NCBI GenBank assembly: GCA_039822045.1
Contig: JBCBMY010000021.1
Span: forward strand, 35,298-99,297
DNA from: Pseudomonadota bacterium
GTDB lineage: Bacteria; Pseudomonadota; Alphaproteobacteria; Rhodobacterales; Rhodobacteraceae
DNA: 64,000 nt
Reading direction: 5' to 3'
Shown: positions 1 through 8,903 of the stretch, piece after piece
How the letters are laid out: each line of letters begins with the position of its first letter
Position numbering within the stretch: position 1 is the first letter of the stretch
Position numbers and translations under genes: made by a program
The notes under the pieces: model-generated
Database searches by the model: none
The model's input: only the letters and a program-made list of their open reading frames with translations
Told to the model about the DNA's origin: nothing

Positions 1-978
1 ATCCCCTGCTCCTGATAGAACCGCGCTGCACCCGGGTGCAAAGGCACGGGAAGGCCCGAAATGGCGACCTCGAGCGACATGGCGTTCGTCGCGGGGTGTA
101 TCGCCTGCAGGAAGGGCAGGTTCTCGTAGATCGTCTTAGTGATCTCGTAGACGTGATCATCGGGGATGTCGGCGTGGGTCGCCAGGAAGTTGGGCTGAGC
201 GATGGTTTCGATGTCCGCGTCCTGCCCGGGGTACGTGCCGGACGCGATAACATAGCGGAACCAGAGGCCCCGGTCGCCATCGGCCTGTGCCAGTTCCTCA
301 TCGGTGAAGTTCAAGACAGTCACGTCATCGCCGGCCGCGGCCAGAAGCTGGCTCACGGCACCAACGGGCGGGCCCGCAGGGATCGACACGCCATCGGCCT
401 GCCCGTTCTGGAGCGCTTCGACGGTGGGGCCATAGCCCGCATCCACAAGGTCAAAGTCGTTGTAGGCGTCGAGATCGAAGTTCGCGAGGATCGCGGCGTT
501 CGATCCGATGGTGCCGGAATTGGCGCGGCCGAGGCCCGCCGTCATACCCTTGATCGACAGGAAGTCGGAGAACGTCCCGCCGCTGACATGCTCGTTGTCG
601 AGGATGAAGTGCTCGACGTTCGGCCAGAGGAGCGTCACTGACCGCAGATGCTCCTGCGCGCCGTCGGCCTCGACCGGCCCGGTGCCGGTGGCCGCGAAAT
701 AGCCGAAGAGCCCTTGAAGGATGCCGAACTGCGCCTCGCCTTCGCGCAGAAGGCGCACGTTTTCGCCTGAGCCCGCCGACGAGATCGCGGACATCCCAAT
801 GCCGGTGGAGGGTTCGAGCCGGACCTTCGTGAGCGTCGCGATGGCAACGCCGACTGGATAGTAGGTTCCGCCCGTTGAGGCGGTCGACAGAATGTAGTTG
901 GCGCCATCCTGCGCGGGTGCCGGGGCGGCGAGACTGAGGCTCAGCGCCGCAAGGCCAGCCGTAACGAGGTGCTTCATT
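1..978 (-). CDS. TRAP transporter solute-binding protein, TAXI family (5'-partial; runs off the window start)
   Basis: Not in the ORF track because it is partial. The reverse complement of 900-978 translates to MKHLVTAGLAALSLSLAAPAPAQDGANYILSTASTGGTYYPVGVAIATL..., i.e. a signal peptide followed by the TAXI-family motif TGGTYYPVG. The frame stays open to position 1. Confidence 0.7.
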
Positions 979-1186
979 GGATTGGGCTCCCTGATCGTTC
1001 TTTGTTGTGGGGCGAATTGCGTTGGGCTTGCGGCACGTGGCCGAGCCGCCCGAATCCTCCCCTTGGTCTGCATTGAAGACGCAACACCCCTGCAGGACAA
1101 CAGAATTGTCGCCCCGCCCCCGAGGCAGGCTTGCACCCGGAGCGGCTGGAGCCATAGTCCGTCCATTGGACCATGGAAGGAGCCCG

Positions 1187-1903
1187 ATGCGCATCGCCCT
1201 TCGCCTGTTGGCCTGTCTTGCGGTGCTCGCGGCGCCTGTGCCGGGCATTGCCAGGGAGATCACCGTGTTTGCGGCCGCAAGCTTGCGCGGTGCGCTCGAC
1301 GAGGTGGCGGCCGGCTTTCCTCAGCCGGTCGTGCTTTCCTATGCGGCGTCCTCCGCGTTGGCCCGGCAGATTGCAGCGGGGGCGCCGGCCGACGTGTTCG
1401 TCTCTGCCAACCCGGACTGGATGGACCGGGTTGCCACAAACCTCGTGGCCCGGCAGGACCTTCTGACCAACCGGCTGGTGATCGTCGGCGAGGCGGGAGC
1501 CGATCCGATTGAGGTGACCGACCTCCCCGGCCGGCTGGGCAACGGGCGACTGGCGATGGCGTTGGTCGACGCTGTGCCGGCGGGGATCTATGGTCGGGCG
1601 GCGCTCGCGTCGCTGGGGGTCTGGGACGCGGTTGAGGACCGTGTGGCGCAGGCCGACAATGTGCGGGCGGCGCTGGCACTTGTTGCTCTTGGTGCAACGC
1701 CGTTCGGTGTGGTCTATTCCACCGATGCGGCGGCCGATCTCCGCGTGGCTGTGGTGGCGGAGTTCCCGGCCGGGGCGCATCCCCCGATCAGCTACCCTGC
1801 CGCTGCGCTCACGGACGCGGGTTTGCCGTTCTTTGAACATCTGCAGGACGAGGCGGCGGCCGAGATCTTTGCGCGCCACGGCTTTGGACTGGCGCGCAAC
1901 TGA
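1187..1903 (+). CDS. modA: molybdate ABC transporter substrate-binding protein ModA
   Basis: The signal peptide MRIALRLLACLAVLAAPVPGIA follows the RBS GGAAGGAG. ModA-like motifs are present (FAAASL, VFVSANPDWMD, VYSTDA). The track ORF 1007..1903 was trimmed to the ATG at 1187. Confidence 0.85.
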   Translation: MRIALRLLACLAVLAAPVPGIAREITVFAAASLRGALDEVAAGFPQPVVLSYAASSALARQIAAGAPADVFVSANPDWMDRVATNLVARQDLLTNRLVIVGEAGADPIEVTDLPGRLGNGRLAMALVDAVPAGIYGRAALASLGVWDAVEDRVAQADNVRAALALVALGATPFGVVYSTDAAADLRVAVVAEFPAGAHPPISYPAAALTDAGLPFFEHLQDEAAAEIFARHGFGLARN

Positions 1904-1904
1904 G

Positions 1905-2597
1905 ATGGGGTGGCTCGGGCCCGAAGCATGGACGGCGCTGGCCCTGTCGTTGCGCGTGGCCTTTTGGGCAACTGTGGCCAGCCTCCCCCTCGGGATACTC
2001 GTAGCCCACGCTCTGGCGCGGTGGAGCTTTCCCGGTCGGCAGTTTCTGAACGGTCTGGTGCACCTGCCCCTTGTGCTTCCGCCGGTTGTGACGGGTTACC
2101 TTCTCCTTCTGGCGTTCGGCCCGCAGGCACCGCTTGGGCGCGCGCTGGGCGAGGTCGGCATCGTGTTTGCATTTCGCTGGACGGGCGCGGCCTTGGCGGC
2201 TGCGGTGATGGCGTTTCCGTTGATGGTGCGCGCGATCCGGCTCTCGATTGAGGCCGTCGATCCGGGGCTGGAACAGGCCGCGTCGACCCTCGGGGCGCCG
2301 CCCTGGCGGGTGTTTGCGACGGTGACCCTGCCGCTAGCCGCGCCGGGCATCCTGGCGGGAGCCGTTCTGGCCTTTGCCAAGGCGATGGGCGAGTTTGGCG
2401 CGACGATTACGTTCGTCTCGAACATTCCGGGCCAAACGCAAACGTTGCCCTCGGCAATCTATGCCTTCCTCCAGGTGCCCGGGGCCGAGGCCGACGCGAT
2501 GCGGCTCGTCATCATATCGATCGTGGTCGCAATGGGAGCGCTTTTGGTGTCGGAGGCTCTGTCGCGACGCGTGGCGGCCCGGGTGTCCGGGCGATGA
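1905..2597 (+). CDS. modB: molybdate ABC transporter permease ModB
   Basis: A polytopic permease. The binding-protein-dependent transport signature EAASTLGA..W..F..VTLPLA is present. The gene is directly downstream of modA. Confidence 0.85.
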   Translation: MGWLGPEAWTALALSLRVAFWATVASLPLGILVAHALARWSFPGRQFLNGLVHLPLVLPPVVTGYLLLLAFGPQAPLGRALGEVGIVFAFRWTGAALAAAVMAFPLMVRAIRLSIEAVDPGLEQAASTLGAPPWRVFATVTLPLAAPGILAGAVLAFAKAMGEFGATITFVSNIPGQTQTLPSAIYAFLQVPGAEADAMRLVIISIVVAMGALLVSEALSRRVAARVSGR

Positions 2598-3670
2598 GCC
2601 TCGAGATCCGCTTGGCGCACTCGTTTCCCGGCTTTACCCTGGATGTGTCGTTCGAGGCGCCGGATGGAGTAACGGCGCTATTCGGCCGGTCCGGATCCGG
2701 CAAGACCAGCATCGTGAACGCGGTCGCCGGCCTGTTGCAGCCCGACATGGGACGTGTGGTGGTCGAGGGCGAGGTTCTAACCGACACAGCGGCCGCGGTC
2801 TGGGTGCCGCCGCACCTCCGGCGCGTCGGTTATGTCTTTCAAGAGGCTCGGCTTTTTCCGCATCTGTCGGTCCGGCGAAACTTGCTCTATGGCGCCCGCG
2901 ATGGGAGCTCTTCTGCAGATCAGATCATTGCACTTCTTGGTCTGGAGGCTCTGATGGCGCGCCGTCCGGCGGGCCTGTCGGGCGGAGAAAAACAGAGGGT
3001 GGCGATTGGGCGGGCGCTGCTATCGCGGCCGCGTGTTCTGCTGATGGACGAGCCGCTCGCCTCGCTTGACGCAACGCGAAAAGCCGAAATCTTGCCCTAC
3101 CTCGAGGAGGTGAGCGCGAATGCCGGGGTCCCGATCCTCTACGTCTCGCATGCCGAGGCCGAGGTCGCGCGATTGGCCCGAACGGTTGTTACGCTGGACG
3201 AGGGCCGCGTCGCGGGCGTTGGGCCGACGGCGCAGGTGCTGACCGCGCACGGAGGCGCGGTTGGGTCAAGCGGGCCGTGTGCGCTCCTCGGAGGTCGGGT
3301 CGCAGCCCGCCACGGGGCGGAAATGCTGGAGTTGGCCGTCGGCGGGACCAACCTGATTGTTCCGGGTATGGCGGGCGCGCAGGTCGGGGACGCGCTTAGC
3401 GTCCGGGTCGCGGCGGCGGAGGTCATGATCGCGACGGCGCGCCCGGACGGGCTGTCGGCGGAAAACGTGCTCGCTGTGGAAGTGACAGAGATCACACCGT
3501 CCGGCGGCGAAGAGGTGATCGTGCGGCTCGCCCTGCCCGATCGCACCGCGCATCTGCTTGCGCAGATTTCGCGCCTCTCGGCCAAGGCGCTGGACATCGC
3601 GCCCGGCACACCTGTTTTCGCGGTCATCCGATCGAACGCGGTGTCGCTTGATGCCGCGCCCAAGGGCTGA
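2594..3670 (+). CDS. modC: molybdate ABC transporter ATP-binding protein ModC with C-terminal TOBE/MOP domain
   Basis: Walker A GRSGSGKT, signature LSGGEKQRV and Walker B LLMDEP are present. There is a ~130-aa C-terminal molybdate-binding extension. The start is an ATGA overlap with the modB stop. Confidence 0.85.
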   Translation: MSLEIRLAHSFPGFTLDVSFEAPDGVTALFGRSGSGKTSIVNAVAGLLQPDMGRVVVEGEVLTDTAAAVWVPPHLRRVGYVFQEARLFPHLSVRRNLLYGARDGSSSADQIIALLGLEALMARRPAGLSGGEKQRVAIGRALLSRPRVLLMDEPLASLDATRKAEILPYLEEVSANAGVPILYVSHAEAEVARLARTVVTLDEGRVAGVGPTAQVLTAHGGAVGSSGPCALLGGRVAARHGAEMLELAVGGTNLIVPGMAGAQVGDALSVRVAAAEVMIATARPDGLSAENVLAVEVTEITPSGGEEVIVRLALPDRTAHLLAQISRLSAKALDIAPGTPVFAVIRSNAVSLDAAPKG

Positions 3671-3699
3671 GACCCGGGGGGACGAGATCAAATTGAAAA

Positions 3700-3723
3700 G
3701 GCCGGCGCCCTGAAGCGCCGGCC
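3700..3723. terminator. bidirectional rho-independent terminator between the convergent modC and flagellin genes
   Basis: A perfect 9-bp stem GGCCGGCGC-cctgaa-GCGCCGGCC. On the minus strand it is followed by TTTTCAATTT. Confidence 0.5.
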
Positions 3724-3755
3724 TGAATGGACCCCATGAAGGGGCGGACCATCTC

Positions 3756-5081
3756 TTACCGGAAGAGCGCCAGAATGGTCTGCGGCGCCTGGTTGGCGAT
3801 CGACAGCGCCTGAACACCGAGCTGCTGCTGCACCTGGAGGGCCTGCAGCTTGGCCGAGGCCTCTTCCATGTTGGTGTCGGTCAACGCGCCAATGCCAGAC
3901 TTGAGGCTGTCCATGAGGTTGCCCACGAAATCGTTCTGGATTTCGATCCGGCGCGAGGTCGTCCCGAAGGACGCCGAACCGTTGATACCCTTCTGGATGA
4001 AACCCTCGATCAGATCGAGCGACGCTTCGGCGCCTTCGGTCGTCGAGACGTCGATGGCGTTGAGCGCCTCAAGGCCGCCGCCAATCGTGTTGGTGACCGA
4101 CGTGTCCTGAGAGCTCAGCGAGACAGCGATCGTGTCCGTGCCGTCGGTGACCGTGGAGGTGAAGGTCAACGTGTCGCCAGAGACCGTGACGTTGAAGACG
4201 TCGGAATCGAGCTGGTTGGAGGCCATCCAGCCCTTCGCCGACTCAAACAGGCCCTGCGCGATATCCGTCGCGGTGTCGCCATCGCGCGCCACATACTTCA
4301 CGTCCATGTTCGGCATGTCGGTGTTCGCCGTGGCGGCTGCAACCGCGCCGGAATTGTAGGTCGCTGGGGTGAACGTGCTGCCATCTGCGTCGACGCCGAA
4401 GATGTTGAGGGCATAGCCGTAACCGGCATCCGTTCCGTCTGCCGCGATTTCCGCCCCGATATCGATCGAGACCGACTGCGTGGCATTCAGCGTAACGGCA
4501 GACGCGCCCACATCGGCCGTGAAGCTTGCACCTGCGGTTCCATCGAGGACCGATGCGTCGGTTCCGAGGTCTTGCTTGGCGACATCAATGTTGCCGGCTG
4601 TTACGGATCCATCGGACGCACGGTTCAGCGACGAAAGCACAGATGTATTGCTGCTACCTGCAGTTGCCTCTCGGTTCGAAAGCAGGTTGAGGCCGTTGAA
4701 CTGCGCCGAATTCACGATGCCGGAGATCTGGTCGCGCAGCGACTCTACATCTTCCTGGATCTTGGCACGGTCGACGTTTTCCTCTTGCGACGCGACGATG
4801 AGCTTCTTCATTTCCTCAAGCGTCTCAGTCACCGCTTCCGAGGCGTTGGACGCCACGGCGACGGTGGACTGACCGAGAGAAAGCGAGTCAGAGATCGCCT
4901 CGAAACCGGACACGTCAGCTTCCATGGTCTTGGAGATCGACCAAATCGCCGCGTTGTCAGCGGCAGAACCGATGCGCTTACCGGTCGAGATCATGTTCTG
5001 GGTTTTTGCCAGGTCGTTGTTGATCGACTGGAGCGTCTTCAGCGCCACCATCGCGCTGTTGTTCGTCAGAATAGAAGACAT
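3756..5081 (-). CDS. fliC: flagellin (442 aa), copy 1
   Basis: Begins MSSILTNNSAMVALKTLQ after the RBS AAGGAA. The N- and C-terminal flagellin domains are conserved, ending ...QAPQTILALFR. The track ORF was trimmed from 5129. Confidence 0.9.
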   Translation of the reverse strand: MSSILTNNSAMVALKTLQSINNDLAKTQNMISTGKRIGSAADNAAIWSISKTMEADVSGFEAISDSLSLGQSTVAVASNASEAVTETLEEMKKLIVASQEENVDRAKIQEDVESLRDQISGIVNSAQFNGLNLLSNREATAGSSNTSVLSSLNRASDGSVTAGNIDVAKQDLGTDASVLDGTAGASFTADVGASAVTLNATQSVSIDIGAEIAADGTDAGYGYALNIFGVDADGSTFTPATYNSGAVAAATANTDMPNMDVKYVARDGDTATDIAQGLFESAKGWMASNQLDSDVFNVTVSGDTLTFTSTVTDGTDTIAVSLSSQDTSVTNTIGGGLEALNAIDVSTTEGAEASLDLIEGFIQKGINGSASFGTTSRRIEIQNDFVGNLMDSLKSGIGALTDTNMEEASAKLQALQVQQQLGVQALSIANQAPQTILALFR

Positions 5082-5437
5082 TTGCACATTCCTTGCTGTG
5101 CGACACGCGCTCTGCGCATGCCGTTCCAAGGGCTGAGATACACCCAGCCCGTCAAGGACGTTCTGTGCCGTGCGAATAGCCGGTTAACGCACCGGTCGCG
5201 CCACCCCCCCCGGAGTGCACGAGGACCATGCGCCGCCTGGTACTAACAAAACCTTACCGCAGCGGGGCACCGCGTAGACAATTTGAGAAGGGGTTATCAG
5301 AGGGTTGACCTGAACAACTTTAGCTAATGCGGCGGCTTTCACCGATAGAGGACGGTGCCCTACGCGATTGAACCTATCGAAGAGAGTGTGGGGGTGGGAC
5401 CGGCGCCAGGGGTGTCTAGGGCACCGGCCCTCTGGGA

Positions 5438-5839
5438 TCAGGACCTGCTGGCGAGCAGCCGGTCCTCTCGGGCGATGAGAGCGCGCAGCGCCTTCATCGC
5501 TTTGTAGATCTGCTCCTCAACCACCGCCTGGGTGGCAAGATCCAGATTCTTTCGGCTGTCCAGGTCGGAAAAGACCTGGCTCAACTGCTCGATCCCGCGC
5601 AAAAGCTGAGGCTTTGCCTCGGCCATCTCAGCATCGCCCGACAACACGAGCTGGGCGATGTAGGCGACACGGCGGACAGGAGTTTTCACCTCCTCGGGGT
5701 GCAATGCGTCCTTCATGCGCAGCACCTTCGTGTCCGGAGTCAGAATATGAACGCGGGAGCGGCGATCGCCGTTTTCAACGACGGCGCCGTTGATCAGCAG
5801 TCTTTCGTGGGGCGCAAGCTTGAGGACCAGACCGCTCAT
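5438..5839 (-). CDS. flbT: flagellin translational regulator FlbT (134 aa)
   Basis: MSGLVLKLAPHERLLINGAVVENGDRRSRVHILTPDTKVLRMKDALHPEEV... matches the FlbT family N-terminus (LKL.LKPGE..I.NGAV..NGDRR). The RBS is GGAGGA. The track ORF 5438..6211 has a spurious Arg-rich N-terminal extension. Confidence 0.75.
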   Translation of the reverse strand: MSGLVLKLAPHERLLINGAVVENGDRRSRVHILTPDTKVLRMKDALHPEEVKTPVRRVAYIAQLVLSGDAEMAEAKPQLLRGIEQLSQVFSDLDSRKNLDLATQAVVEEQIYKAMKALRALIAREDRLLASRS

Positions 5840-6083
5840 TCGGCGGTCCTCCAGCCTGCTGGGTGGTGGCTGGCGCTTGCCACGCCTGCCGCATTCAGGA
5901 ACGTACCGCGGTGAGTGCCAACGGGACGCCCTTCTCCGGCAAGCACGGCAGCTACGCCGGCCCGGAAGGCATCGATTATTGTCATTGACTCGTCTCCGGT
6001 AAGGGGTCGTGAAACGCGGTTGAGCGTCAGAGACGTCCGAGCAGCGCCACCCGCGCGCGCCCGGACGCCTCTTCAGGACCGAC

Positions 6084-7409
6084 TTACTGGAAGAGCGACA
6101 GGATCGTCTGCGGCGCCTGGTTGGCGATCGACAGCGCCTGAACGCCAAGCTGCTGTTGAACCTGAAGGGCCTGCAGCTGGGCCGACGCGGCCTCCATGTC
6201 GGTGTCGACAAGGGCGCCGATGCCGGAGTTGAGGCTGTCGATCAGACGGCTGGTGAAGTCCGACTGAATCTCGATCCGCTTCTCGGTCGTACCGAAGGCC
6301 GCAGCACCGTTGATGGCCTTCTGGATGAAGCCCTCAATCAGATCGAGCGACGCTTCGGCGCCTTCAGCCGTCGAGACGTCGACATTGTTCAGGGCCTCAA
6401 GACCGCCCCCAATCGTGTTGGTGACCGACGTGTCCTGAGAGCTCAGCTGTACAGCGATCGTGTCCGTGCCGTCGGTGACCGTGGACGTAAAGGTCAACGT
6501 GTCACCAGTGACCGTGACATTGAAGATGTCGGAATCGAGCTGGTTGGTGGCCATCCAGGCCTTCGTCGATTCAAACAGACCCTGGGCGATGTCCGTCGCA
6601 GTGTCGCCATCGCGCGCCACATACTTGACGTCCATGTTGGGCATGTCGGTGTTCGCCGTGGCGGCTGCAACCGCCCCGGAATTGTAGCTGGCCGGAGCGA
6701 ACGTGCTGCCATCTGCGTCGACGCCGAAGATATTGAGGGCATAGCCGTAGCCGGCATCCGTACCGTCTGCCGCGATTTCCGCCCCGATATCGATCGAGAC
6801 CGATTGCGTGGCATTCAGCGTGACGTTGGACGCGCCCACGTTGGCATTGAAGCTTGCACCTGCGGTACCGTCGAGGGCCGAGGCCGCCGTTCCGAGGTCT
6901 TGCTTGGCGACGTCGATGTTGGCAGCGGACACTGAGCCATCGGACGCGCGGTTCAGCGACGAGAGCACAGACGTGTTCCCACTGCCCGCGGCTGCTTCCC
7001 TGTTCGAGAGCAGGTTGAGGCCGTTGAACTGCGCCGAGTTCACGATGCCGGCGATCTGGTTGCGCAGGGAGTTCACCTCATCCTGCAGCTTGGTCCGGTC
7101 GACGTTTTCTTCTTGAGCCGCAACGATCCGCTCTTTCACTTCGAGCAGCATTTCATTGACGCTCTCCGCTGCGTTCCGGGCAACGGTGACCGTGGACAGG
7201 CCGAGGTTGAGCGAGTCGGCAATGGCTTCGAAGCCCTTGACGTCGGACTCCATGACCTTGGAGATCGACCAGATGGCCGCGTTGTCCTTGGCTGTGGAGA
7301 TCTTCTTGCCGGTCGAGATCATGTCCTGGGTCTTCGCCAGGTCCATAGAGATGCTTTTCAGCGTCTGGAGGGCCACCATCGAGCTGGTGTTCGTCAGGAT
7401 GGACGACAT
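6084..7409 (-). CDS. fliC: flagellin (441 aa), copy 2 (tandem paralog of copy 1)
   Basis: Begins MSSILTNTSSMVALQTLK and ends LSIANQAPQTILSLFQ. It shares long blocks that are identical or near-identical at nucleotide level with 3756..5081, for example 4132-4359 vs 6460-6687. Confidence 0.9.
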   Translation of the reverse strand: MSSILTNTSSMVALQTLKSISMDLAKTQDMISTGKKISTAKDNAAIWSISKVMESDVKGFEAIADSLNLGLSTVTVARNAAESVNEMLLEVKERIVAAQEENVDRTKLQDEVNSLRNQIAGIVNSAQFNGLNLLSNREAAAGSGNTSVLSSLNRASDGSVSAANIDVAKQDLGTAASALDGTAGASFNANVGASNVTLNATQSVSIDIGAEIAADGTDAGYGYALNIFGVDADGSTFAPASYNSGAVAAATANTDMPNMDVKYVARDGDTATDIAQGLFESTKAWMATNQLDSDIFNVTVTGDTLTFTSTVTDGTDTIAVQLSSQDTSVTNTIGGGLEALNNVDVSTAEGAEASLDLIEGFIQKAINGAAAFGTTEKRIEIQSDFTSRLIDSLNSGIGALVDTDMEAASAQLQALQVQQQLGVQALSIANQAPQTILSLFQ

Positions 7410-7684
7410 ATCACTATCCTTTGATTTCGGCGGTTTTTTCGCCAAGCTTCGCAAGGCCGCGGTTCACGGCCGATGGGGGGACGTCATGTCCCTGCAGCAA
7501 GGCTTCAGCTGCGCCATCCGGACAGGATGCGAGGGGCTTATGCCGCCCGGTGCGTTAATGGCTCCCTAATCGGAACACTTTCGCGCTATTCCGCGCCGTG
7601 TCGAAACAGCGTGAATTTTCGAGGCTTTCGATTAGTTTGCCGCGGGCGTGTGGGGGTGTTCCGAGCGCGGCCCGCCGCCCGCGT

Positions 7685-8350
7685 CTAGTGCACAGGTATG
7701 ATCCGCGCAGCGAGCCGCAGGGCGTGCGAGCGGTCCTGCGCCGCAGGGGGCATCACCGGGTCGTAGGCTGCGCGAATGATCGCAGCGATATCGGGACGAA
7801 GAACCGTGTAACCCTCGGGCCCGCGCATCAGGGGAGCCCCCTCCGGCCCGCCGAAGGCCGTGTCGGACCAAAGCAGGATCGACTGAACCGCCTGTGTCAG
7901 CGCGAGTGTTTCTGCCGGGATCGCGGCGAGCGCGTCGTCGATCCGCACGAAGGCAAAGCATGCACGGATCGCGCCCTCCTTGTCGAAGCGGAAGATGCGA
8001 TATTGGTTGGCGTCCGCGTCCGCCAGCCGCTCCAGAAGCCCCGACAGATCCGGGATCAGCTGATCGAGCCCAGGCGTCTCGGCGAGCTCATGCCAGTCGC
8101 GCAGGAAGAAGAACATCAGGTTGGCGCCAAGTTCGGGATCGGTTTCGTTGATGGGCAGGTTTGCGAGCCCGGCCACGGCTTCGAGCGCGCCCTTGATCGT
8201 TTCGAGCGTCTGGTCGGCTACGCCAAACACGACCGGCGCGAGCGGGCGGCCCCAACGGGCACAGAGGAACGAACCGTCGGAGCGGGTGAAGAGGGCCTCG
8301 ACGGCCTCCGGCGAGAGCAGATCGAGCGGGTTGGAGCGATTGGAACTCAT
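7685..8350 (-). CDS. conserved hypothetical protein (221 aa)
   Basis: Amino-acid composition is normal. The antisense ORF 7598..8386 is Arg-rich junk. No family was recognised. Confidence 0.5.
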   Translation of the reverse strand: MSSNRSNPLDLLSPEAVEALFTRSDGSFLCARWGRPLAPVVFGVADQTLETIKGALEAVAGLANLPINETDPELGANLMFFFLRDWHELAETPGLDQLIPDLSGLLERLADADANQYRIFRFDKEGAIRACFAFVRIDDALAAIPAETLALTQAVQSILLWSDTAFGGPEGAPLMRGPEGYTVLRPDIAAIIRAAYDPVMPPAAQDRSHALRLAARIIPVH

Positions 8351-8375
8351 ACAGGCGAGAACAGGCAGGTTTGCA

Positions 8376-8735
8376 TTAAGCGATAGACATGTAGAGCACC
8401 GACATCAGCACCGCGAGGGCCAGGCGCTGGGCGTCTTGCACCATGTCGGAGCCCGTGAGCCGCGACACTTCCAGTTGCAACCCCGTGACCACCGCTCCGG
8501 GCAGCAGAAGCGCAATCGCGATCACGACATACGGAACGCCAAGCATTGCGCCGACCAGCAACGTGGACACCGTGAGCGCGATCCCCGGCACGAAGACCCC
8601 CATCAGGCCGACGAACTGGCCCACGTGATCCCGCCGGTCCAGCGCGCCGACGGCCCGAAACCAGACGACAGTCAGAACGAGGATGTAGAACCACAGAAGC
8701 GTGGCAAGCGTCGAGATGGCGGTGATGAGGCTCAT
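8376..8735 (-). CDS. small hypothetical membrane protein (about 3 TM helices)
   Basis: Hydrophobic helices are present (MSLITAISTLATLLWFYILVLTVVWF...). The start was set to the ATG at 8735. Confidence 0.45.
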   Translation of the reverse strand: MSLITAISTLATLLWFYILVLTVVWFRAVGALDRRDHVGQFVGLMGVFVPGIALTVSTLLVGAMLGVPYVVIAIALLLPGAVVTGLQLEVSRLTGSDMVQDAQRLALAVLMSVLYMSIA

Positions 8736-8903
8736 GGCGACAGACCCGCAGCTATGAGGGTGTCGCAATAGATGGCATCATTCGTCTGCGTATCCAACCG
8801 GCGAACCTCGACGATGTTGCTGGACTGGGGCCCAATCCGGAGAGCCCGCGCCATGTCTTGCCCATGCACGCCTTGGGAGAGTGGCACGAGAAGGTCGGTG
8901 ATC

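Noticed and set aside
36-1263. Several track ORFs (36..641 +, 451..1263 -, 898..1512 +) at the left end.
   Set aside because: They are antisense or out-of-frame shadows of the partial TAXI solute-binding gene and the modA leader. None has a signal peptide or family signature, unlike the TAXI frame.
5082-5437. A search for a sigma-54 (TGGCAC-N5-TTGC) or sigma-28 promoter upstream of flagellin copy 1.
   Set aside because: The closest element, TGGAACGGCATGC, has the wrong GG-GC spacing. No confident promoter call is made.
5840-6083. A search for a flaF ORF upstream of flbT.
   Set aside because: Only short frames with immediate stops are present, for example MPSGPA followed by a stop. No FlaF-sized gene is there.
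7598-8386. A 262-aa plus-strand ORF overlapping the 7685..8350 gene.
   Set aside because: It is Arg-rich with low complexity. The minus-strand ORF has normal composition and was kept.
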